A stretch of DNA of 64,000 nt from the human T2T-CHM13v2.0 reference genome, Homo sapiens, in the NCBI RefSeq assembly GCF_009914755.1, contig NC_060933.1; one strand, 5' to 3'. The notes below the pieces were generated by a model. The model was not told the origin of the DNA and did no database searches. It worked only from the letters and a program-made list of their open reading frames with translations. Positions 53,006 to 64,000 of this stretch are shown piece by piece; within the stretch, counting starts at the first letter, position 1, and each line of letters starts with the position of its first letter. Both the position numbers and the translations under genes were made by a program.

Positions 53006-54479
53006 ACTCTATGGCACATCTGGATTTTGTTTTGTTTTGCTCTTTCCAAGTGGCCTGAGCAATCTTTTTTGTTCCCTACCACTCCCGAGCTACCATCCAT
53101 TCGTTACTGCCAGTATCACCGTGACCGTCATTTAATCTTTATTCATCCTTAAATTTCAGTAAAAGTAAAATACTTTTTACTTTCTCTGGAAAGCTGTCCC
53201 TGGCCTCACTGATAAAATAAGATTACTCACCTCATGCCTATTTCCTTCCCCTTCCATTGCACACATCCCAAATATAATTTATCTTTTAATATTTGCTTTT
53301 GTCAGCTAGACTTTCAACTCTACAAGGCAAGGGCTGTATCTGTCATCGATGCTCAGCAAAGCTCAGTATGTAATGATGCTCAGTAGATAGTGGTTGAATA
53401 TAATTCAATAAAATTGAAGTGGGCTGAATTAAGAGAGAAGAAAGAGTCAATTTAAAACTTAATACTTAAGAAAAAGCAATTTTGTAAAAAAAACAAAGCA
53501 ATAGTATAATTAAAATACTTTTATAAAGTGAAGAATAAAGGAAAACAAGAAGTTTCACCAAAAGAAGGCTTAAAATAAAAGAAAATCTGTATGTAACATA
53601 CTTTGGAAAAATACAAAATACAAGAATAATAAAAAAAATCTCAAACATACTGAGAGAAAAAATACATAAAAATTTTAAAATTTGTAAGGGTTTATCATCG
53701 AACTTATTTTACAGTCTCAAATATTACCTAACAATATGTTAATAATCATGTATCCTAAAAGGAAAAGGTTATAAATTTAAACTTTTATTGCTATCTAATT
53801 TGTTATTTACATGCGAAAGCAATTTTTCCAGATATGTCAGTGTTTAGATATGCCAACTTTTACCTTTCTTGCAAAAAAATTATATTTTATACAACCTACA
53901 GTTAACCAAGTGATGACCCAAAAATGATACGTAATAATAAACAATTAAAAATGTCAAACTTTTATTGAATCCAGTTAAATGTGAAATAGAATTGAATCTT
54001 ACTAAATGTGAATTGAATGCAAATAATTCTACAAGCAGGATATTTGTAACATGATTATATGATCATCTAATAGCAGTAATCTACTCCTCATATCCAAACT
54101 TCTATATACAAAATCTGGGACTAGAATGAAAAGTGAAACTAAAAGTTTCAAAAATGCTTCATTTTATCTGAGTGGAGCTCAGGAGATACTTTTTAATTTT
54201 CTTCTTATTTTAATAACTAGGGACATATAAGGAAAACTTTTAAAATTTTTTAAATAAAACCATGAGAATAATTAAAAGCAATGTTAGTAACTGCCAAATC
54301 ATTTGAAAATGTAAAAATAAATCAAGTTTGTATAGAAAAATATCAAAAACAAGGAAACATAAAATGATAGAAAATAGATATTGGTTTAGTTGTTGAATGT
54401 TAATAGGCTGGAATTCTGTCTTAAAAATCAGTGATCCTCATACTGTATTAAAACCAAGTCTCATAGGTATTTCTGTAAT

Positions 54480-55645
<1,166 letters not shown>

Positions 55646-58600
55646 TAAAATAACTATGAGCTATTTTGAAAAGGTAAATAGACAGAAAAATATTTAGCAA
55701 AGATCAGCAGGTAAATTAAAGAAATGAGTGGGGATAAGCATATTAATTTCAGATAAAGGGGAATATGAGGGAAAAGGTAAATAAGTAAAATAAACAAGGC
55801 CATTTTATATTAATAAAATGGTGCAAACCATCATAAAGATATAAAAGTTACTAACATAATATTAAAATAGATGAGGGAAAATTAATCGAAATACAGGAAA
55901 ATGTTAACAGAACCATAGTTTCTATAGAAAAGTACAACAAGAAAAGTATAATAAACAATAAAAAAGACTAAGAGCGACAACATTTGAATAAATATCACAA
56001 GGTAGATTTTTTGAAGCATCCATCAAATATTTGCACAAATTTAAACCAATCACAGCAAAAAAAACTAAACAAAAACTTTACAGCATAAATTATACAGACT
56101 ACATTCTCTAACAAAAGTGAAATAAAATTCAAAAGTAGCATCAAGCTTTAAACAGCAACAAATGTAGTATTTTGAAAATTAAAAATTATTGTGATAAATA
56201 TTTCCAAAGGCAGTTCTCTTACAAACTCTGAAAATTATTTCCAAAATCTATACTACTTCCTTTAAAAAGTATTTTCTAATGGCTCCAACCCAATACAGTC
56301 TTTCTCCTTATTATATCTGTTATTGCTTACTCTAATTCACATGATTATTAACTTTTGGCCTTGCTTTCTAATATATGCTTTCTAATAATAATATATGGCC
56401 TTGATTCATGCATGTAAATTCCTGAAAGACAAAGATACTGCAATGAATTTCTTTATTATCACTATATTTAAATATCTCCCTGAACATAGAAAGTCAGTAA
56501 ATGTGTATTAATTGACTTCATTGAAAAATCGAGAAGAGATTTGGCTGGAAATTAAGGAACAAGAGTTCTTGACCATTATTGGAAAGGCTTAATGACTCTC
56601 AGCATGTCACTTTACCTCCCTGGATTTTAATATCCTCCTTCATTAAATGAATTAGTATTAAAATGTCTCTAAAGTTCCTTCCAGTTCTAAAATGTGTGAC
56701 TGAACTTACAGGGGCAGAAAAGACATCCTTCAGTACACCCGAAAATTCTCCTCTCTGTGCAGAAACACTGGTTCTTTGAATGTCAGGGACTGGAACAGAT
56801 TGCGCATTGTCGAGAAGAGAGTCACCCTCAATTACTCATCAATGGTGGAATTCTTTGTGGTTTACTCTCACTAACCTAGTGTTTCCTTAGTACCACCCAC
56901 CTAGGTCCAAGGGGATATACATGTGTCTGAGTATGTGTGTATTTTTGCCTCTCTGACGACATTCCAAGACTAATATAAACACCTTTTAAATTACCCATTA
57001 CTCTGTGTCACTTCTCTCTTCTACCAGAAAGAGGTTAGCCTATATTTACATTTGAATTTCTAATATTCTACCCTTTCCATCACCTTTTTCTTTCTTAAAT
57101 ACTGATTTCATCTCTTCTATATGTGGCCCAAATTTCAATATTTCTTTAAATTTGTATATTGGCATAAGTGTCCTATACTTATTTAATATTATATTATATT
57201 GAATTATATTTTATTGTAATTATAATTAAATATAATGAATTACTTATTTAATATTTAACATAGGTAATATATTCTATTAATATAATTAATTTTAATTATT
57301 AATGCTATTGCATAAATAGAAAAAACTCAAAGAATATATCACAAGAGATTAACTGGAAACAAGATTACGTGTGATTTTTATATTTTTCTCTTTGCGTTTC
57401 TGTTTTTCTACAATTTTATGGATTGCATACACAATAATTATATATGCATTCACCCATATATACACCTTAGTTACTTGAACCAAAATCAAAAACCTTTACA
57501 CAACTCTTTATTATTCTTAACTTCACTTTACGAGAAAACATCTCTCGATACATAAAAAGTCCAGATAAATACATATAAATATACTCTAAAAACAAATATT
57601 TTAATATGTAAGTGGTTTTAAGTTACTGACATTAATCATTAAGTTAATAATAACCTTGATCCTGTGAGACAGTCAGAATATGCTCATTTTCAGCATAGTA
57701 CACTTGCTAAGGCAGCAAAATGGAACAGAATACTTGAACAAGATTTTCAATGATCATGGGCAAAATAAAAAGACACAGTTAACCAGAATATTCAATTAGT
57801 CAGAATATATTCTTTAAACATCTATTAGTCAGGCAAGTTTCACTTTTCAGGGCCTTGTATCAAAGCTTTTTTTTAAATTATAAAAACCCATAAACAATGC
57901 TAATTATTCACATTTACAAATTAAACACCAAAGTCCATTCCCAGATTAAAACAGAATCTAAATTGATGTGCTTTTACCAAGACTTTATGTGATCATTATC
58001 CATCCCTTCCCGCTATTGCTGAACTTAAATGAGCCCCTCCAATAAAGCCTGTTTTACTGGGTATGCTTCCATAAAACATTCACATTTTATCATATAGTAA
58101 AGTTAGAATTTATGCTAAATATTATTTCCCTAAAGATAAATTCAAGTGAATCAAATATTAAATGATGTAGCAAAGAGTATTATTATAAAACTAAATTCCT
58201 GCAAATGTATTAATAGTCTTTAATGTTGATAAGTAAATGGCTGTGATGTTTTCTTTTTAATACTTCAGTCTCACTAAGGCTGTCAGTAAGCCTAATTCTC
58301 TCTCATTTCTGCCAATTCCTATTAGATACACAGAGAAGTACATTGTGTTTATGAGACTAGGGTTCCATTTTTACTAAGCATATAAAAGCTTCTATTAATC
58401 TCTCTTAACAGTTATTGAATTTGCCTTTGAATGTTTGCTAAAACAATGATGGACATTCATTAACAACAGGATAGACTCTCACAGTTTGCATATGTTAGTT
58501 CCAAAACTTTCTTCAATCAAACTCAAGCAACTAAAGGAAGAAAAATGTGTCAAGTACATAAAACATTTTACTCAGACTTAAAATGCTTTTATTTCAACTT

Positions 58601-58647
58601 CAATTTATTTCCACTAAGGCTTCAGTGGTAGGAAGGAAGATGGAGAA

Positions 58648-59222
58648 TATTCATTTTACTGCCTTAACAAATTACCACAAATTTAGCAGCTTAAAGCAAC
58701 ACCCATTTATTAGCTGACACTTTTGTAAGTCAGAAATCCCAGCGAGTTCAACTGGGTTCTATACTCAGAGTCTCATAAGGCCATAATCAATGTGTCATTG
58801 GATGGGTCCTTATCTGGAGGCTCCGGAAAAAATATTTGCTTTTACATTTATTTAAGTAGTTGGCAGAATTTAGTTCCTTGAGGAGGTCAGACTGGGTCTG
58901 CCTTTTCTAGCTGGCTATTGGCTGCGAGGTGGGTAAGATACTTGTCTGCATTTGTTGGTGTGTGGCCCCTCCTATCTTTTAAATTAGCAAGACAGCATCA
59001 AATCCCTCTGACCTCTCTGATCAGCTGGAGAAAAAATTCTCTGCTTTTAAAGGGGTTTATGAGATCGGAAGACCTACCCGGTGGATAATCTCCCTAACTC
59101 AAGGTCATCTGTGCCATATAACATAACATAATCATGGAAGTGATATTAATACCTCATTATAATCACAGGTTTTGGGAATTAGCATGCGGAATGTTGGGTG
59201 GCATTTTTACAATTTTGCCTGC
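58648..59222 (-). mobile_element. MLT1D/E-type MaLR LTR
   Basis: TAACAAATTACCACAAATTTAGCAGCTTAAAGCAACAC...GTTGGCAGAATTTAGTTCCTTG...GGATAATCTCCC. Confidence 0.8.
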
Positions 59223-59509
59223 TGGGGAATTGGAAAAATTGAGATTAGGAGTATACGCAGGCTTTAAATGTCAGACGCTATAAACACAGAAGCCAGAGCA
59301 AAGATCTCTTTCTGGCAGAGGGACATTCAGGAACATCTCCTAATGTTAATCCCATACTGATATTAGAAAAGGAGCATCAGGCCTTAAGCATTATTTGCAT
59401 TATTTGCAAGTGTCGATGAGCTTGGAATTCTTTTCAAGTAGATAAAGAAAAAAAAAATCAAGGGATCAAAGAAAGAGGAAACAGTGCAAAACTGGCTAAA
59501 GTCTCGCAG

Positions 59510-60285
59510 TTGAATGACTCCTGTTAGGGAACTCTGGGAGGAGTTATTAAAGATTCAAGATTGAGAAAACTGAGGTTCAGAATTAAATCCAATTCTGAAA
59601 ACTACGAGATCATGGAGGCACTTCCTATACGACTTTGAGTCACTAGGGTTCAAGTCAGGGATGCCATTACAGAGTAATCAGGGGACGAGATAAGGTACTG
59701 GTTACTGAAGGACTGACTCGGAACAAAGCAAGTCAGCTGGTCTGGCACCAGGATCCCAGGTGTTCAGGATCACAGCACAATTAGCATCTCACCTGACTCA
59801 GAGTTTAGTCACTAATTTACTAACCCAAGGCTCACGGTACACCCACTTCCCAGGCCCTTGACCACTTTCAGATTCGGGGGTAGGGTTGGACACACAAGTT
59901 AGTGACCCCATCCAGATGTCACAGAACTGTCAATGTAAAGTCTAAATTCCTCTCTTTCATTCTCTCTTCTCCCGCTTTCCTCCTGTTCATATTACCAAAT
60001 GCCATATGCCCAGCTTTAAAAGATGCTGAAAGAAACTCCCTTTTCTGATTACTGGAGATGCTGGTGCACACAGGGCAATAACAACAAGGTCAGCAGGTCT
60101 ATGAGAACCCCAAAGGGGTGCTGGGGATGAGGAGTATTAGGAGAGGAAGGGAGCATACAGAAGGTCTCTCCAGGATTTTTTATTCATGCCTTTTCTCTCC
60201 TTAGAGGTCTTGTGGAGCACAGAGAGAGAGACCCAGGAGGCCTGAGACTTGCTGGGAGCCTCTCATCATGTAGATGAGTCATTAA
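59510..60285. promoter_or_regulatory. Candidate AP-1 enhancer
   Basis: Perfect TGASTCA at 59636, 59794 and 60275; near matches at 59515, 59714 and ~59805; ETS core CACTTCCT at ~59619. Motif evidence only. Confidence 0.45.
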
Positions 60286-60402
60286 AACACATTGCATCAT
60301 TTAAGAATTACTCTTCAAAAATGGCCCTACTCCAAAATGCTCCCATTATTTTATACTGTCTGATTTGTAAAATATATTGGGTCAGGGATGGTGGTGTCAA
60401 AG

Positions 60403-60796
60403 TATTAAATTAAATTTGGCCAAAGGCCATCTCTGAACTTTGAGTCTTTACTTAAGGAACTACAACTGAACTTAGTACCTAGACAAACTGAAACCTAACT
60501 TAGGAGTACATTTTTGTGTAACAGATAGGTCTGAGCCAATCAGAAGCAGCTGAGCTTCAGCCAATCACAGGCTGCCAACGGATCAGATATGTGCAAATAA
60601 GGCAAAAGCCCAGCTGTAACCAATGGAACTATTTCTGTACATGACTTGCCTCTTCTGTCTATAAATACTCACGGCCCACTGGCAGAGCACAATTCTCTGA
60701 ATCTCTTCTGGTTCTGAGTGCTGCAAGATTCATGAATCATTCTTTGTTCAGATAAACTCTGCTATATCTAATTTGTCTAAAGCTTCTCCTTTCAAA
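60403..60796 (+). mobile_element. MER57-family solo LTR (ERV1)
   Basis: TATTAAATTAAATTTGGCC...AGCCAATCAG...AGCCAATCACAGGCTGCCAA...CTATAAATA...AATTTGTCTAAAG. Confidence 0.85.
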
Positions 60797-63700
60797 GATT
60801 TCATTCATTTCCTAGAATTTTGTAAAGCAAAATTGTATACCAAATAGCACCATGGCCTCCTACTGCAGAGTAAAGAATGGGAATGAACCTTTTACTCCGA
60901 GCACCTTTCCTGGGATTTCACATTCCTGATACAAAAAGCCAATAGATCCCCGTCCGGGGTCTGCTTTTGTGGGAAGTTTTTGTTGGTTTGTTTTGCCCCC
61001 AAGCTATTAAAATAGGTCATGTTTCTTTCTGGTTAACCATTAGGTATTACAACCTAAACACAATATCCATGATTGTGTTGATGGAACAGATGTGAGGACA
61101 GTGAGGGCAGGGATGGGGGCTGAGGGGATGGTTTGTCCCTGCAGAGTGCAAGAAAGAAACAAGAGGCCTGTGAGTTGTTTCTAGTAATTTGTGGTAAAGA
61201 GAACCCTGTGTCATGCTCTGAGACTCCAGGGTTTTAAGACAAGTGGTGTGCTGCTTCAGGGCATTTATGTTTAAAAAGCTCAGTGGAGCAAGAAAAGATA
61301 AGGAATACACAAAGATTAATTCTGAAGTTCTTGTTAAAACCAAACACTTTAATCCTAGAAAGAGACGGTGAGGAAGAAACCCTTCTTCTAATACACTCAG
61401 CTGAGTTCATTTTCAAAATTACCAGAAGGCTGACACATGTGGCAGGAAGGAGGAGGGAGGGAGATGTGTTTAAAACAATTCCTTTTTCTGTGAATCAAGT
61501 TTCAGTGTATCTACTGTGGCCATTGTACCTGTCAAACATTAACAGATCTATTTTTTTGGAAATGATCACTACGACAATTTTGAGATTAACTTGATGAATC
61601 AAAAGAACTAGAGAAAAAAAACTGTTGTAAAAATTGTGTGTGGAGAGGGGATATTTATTTCCTAGCATTTATTTTTTCATGCAGTTAGCTGTAAATGCAA
61701 AAACCAGCCAATAAGCAAGAATGGGTCATAGATGCCTTCATGAAAACTGAATGAAGGGTACACGCTTAAGACCAGTTCATGGCTTTGTGCACATGATTTT
61801 GAGGCAGTGCACATTTATTGCCCATGTTTTATAAATTCATTATGTTATTCTGTCAACATTTCCTCAACTGGAATGTAAGTTTATAGGGAACAAATGATGT
61901 CTACTTTTTATTCTTCACAAACTGATTTACTCAAGAAGGGAGAGAATAAGGAGATAAGGAAGTGGGGAAGAAAGGAGAAAGGGAAAGATGGGTGAGAAAA
62001 GCAAGGAAGAAACAGGAAGGAAAAGAGAGGAGAAAAGAGAGTACAGATTTGGGGATTCACTGTAATTTACCAAGGGAAATTAGAAATGCAAATGTCCATT
62101 GCTCTTTGATCATGTGCCTGCATGTTTTATCACAGGAGTCTGATCATGCAAAACTGGAGTCTACAACACAACAACCTTTCAGGGGTCAGCCTCCTAAGAA
62201 AAAAGCTTTGCCTTGTGTCAGTCATTAAATTTGGGAGCAGATTCTGGAAAGATCCCCTGAAGCATCTATATACAATTAGTAGATAGAACACTCTTTTACA
62301 GGGTGGCCACAGTAGAGCAGTCCATTTTGGAGCTTGTTGATTTAAGCTATAAACATGACCCGAGGGAAATTATGCTAAAGAAAAGGATTATTATTTCTTG
62401 ATAGTAGCTCAAAGCCAGTGAGCCCCTAAAACAGACTCTGACATATGGCCTTATAGTATGTGTATTTGATATTTTATTTGCAGATGCCCACACAGTACAA
62501 ACAGCAGCCTTCTGCTATTATCAGGCGACCATTGTTACAAAAGCACAACACATTGGTATATGCTTCACCTGCTGCCGAAGAGGTCCTTTGAGGAGAGAGA
62601 TACAGAAGGCCACACAAGCTTGCTCCTGTTATCACCAAGTCTGAGAAAAGATAACTCAAGAGCTTAAAGTATCTATAATCTGTTCTGCATTTAGTTGGCA
62701 TATTGCAGATATCTGCCCCAAATTTAATGTGAGAAACAGGAGAGTTAAGATAAATTAGGGGAGTATAATTATAAGGATTGCTAAGGAAACATCCAGGATA
62801 TATTTAGATACTTTTGGAAGTAATAAAATGGATTTATGTCCTTTCCAGAACCAACCAGAGGCTTTGTTCAAGTCCACAGCTGCAAGCTGGTAGTATGTAT
62901 ATTGTCACTCTCACTTCCTGTACCTACTGTATACACATTGCTGCTTACCCATAGCACTCTCTTCCCCACTAGGGCAGAAGCAACTTCTAGGTCTTTTTTA
63001 AATAAAATACTCCTGGAAGCTTCCTCCAATCATTCTGAGTTGATCCACAAGTGAAAAATCTATTTGCCATCATTTGACTAAACCATAATTTCAGAATTCT
63101 TCATGGATCTCCCCTGAGCTGCACACAAACCCCATGTTAAACACAATCATCTTTGACAGCTGATAATAGTTTGTAAATTGTATCTTTCAAGCAATGAAGA
63201 ACTTTTTCTATAATTCAGGTTTCACCCTATTTTATGCCTCAATTTTTCTCATCTTGATCGTTTACTCTCTAGATTTTAATGTCTTTATGTTAATTCTGCA
63301 GTTCAAGAAATAGGCTCAATCAAGTCATGTGGTGGTTTTCAAGAATGTCAAGTTACTAAGAGTCTGGCTTTAATTGTCCGTTAGGAACAAAATAAAAAGG
63401 TTGTTGATTCTCAATTATGACGTTTCATTCTAAAATGTGGGAGATGTTCTCTGGGATGAAAGTGAGTCATTTAACATTTATGTTTCTCAACTGATATCCA
63501 CTGAGGGAAAGCATAAACCAATTAATGAAAAGGATCTGTCTAGAGATAAGAAGCATCAAAAAGAAATCTGGAGAACTTCATTCTGACTCCAAACCACATA
63601 AATGAAAGACTTGCAAGCTTTTTCCCTAATGTAGCCAATGCACCGTGTCCAACTCCGTAATTATGCCTTACAGCCAAAAAAGTGAGCTGCCAGGGCTTTA

Positions 63701-64000
63701 AGCTAAATGCCACTCTAGCTGTATTATTCACTCTGAAGAAGGAACTACCTCTAGGAAGGTGCTTTATAGTGCCTTTAAAAAGGTAGATTCTATACCTTTA
63801 ATGCTTTCTTTCTTAATTCTTATCCCCAATATTAATACTTCAAATTTAGTAAGACTTATGGAGCTAAATGGATGAAAAATTTTAATTAAAATTATGTCTA
63901 CAAGCTGACCAATTTATTTATAGTTTTGAACCCCCCATGGACATAATATTGCTGCTAAACCACAAACCACTGGAAAATCAGAGTGAAACCTCATTGACTT

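Noticed and set aside
57170-57310. Extremely AT-rich patch
   Set aside because: Low-complexity decay next to an old L1 end; no periodic unit or long perfect palindrome seen.

Overview
AT-rich, repeat-dense human genomic DNA. A near-consensus AluYb8 at 43711-44008 belongs to an essentially human-specific subfamily. I cannot recognise any intact protein-coding gene. Nearly all ORF-track entries are translations of Alu, L1, LTR or microsatellite sequence, or decayed retroviral genes. The dominant feature is a two-LTR, env-deleted HERV-H provirus (37257-43456, + strand) with LTR7s, a tRNA-His PBS and gag/pro/pol relics, inserted into an old L1M element. Also present are an ancient ERV-L pol relic (- strand, about 28.6-30.2 kb), about a dozen solo LTRs, nine Alus, many L1/L2 pieces, two MER58 DNA transposons and several tandem repeats. 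The less routine observations are local template-switch signatures (an exact 48-bp copy of an LTR segment 630 bp from its source, a perfect 30-bp palindrome at an LTR end, and an Alu tail grown into a self-inverted microsatellite), a polarised 29-bp VNTR, an AP-1 motif cluster, and a chain of minus-strand splice-site pairs that could be a spliced lncRNA. I found no convincing novel biological system. Repeat subfamily names come from my recall of consensus sequences, not from a search.
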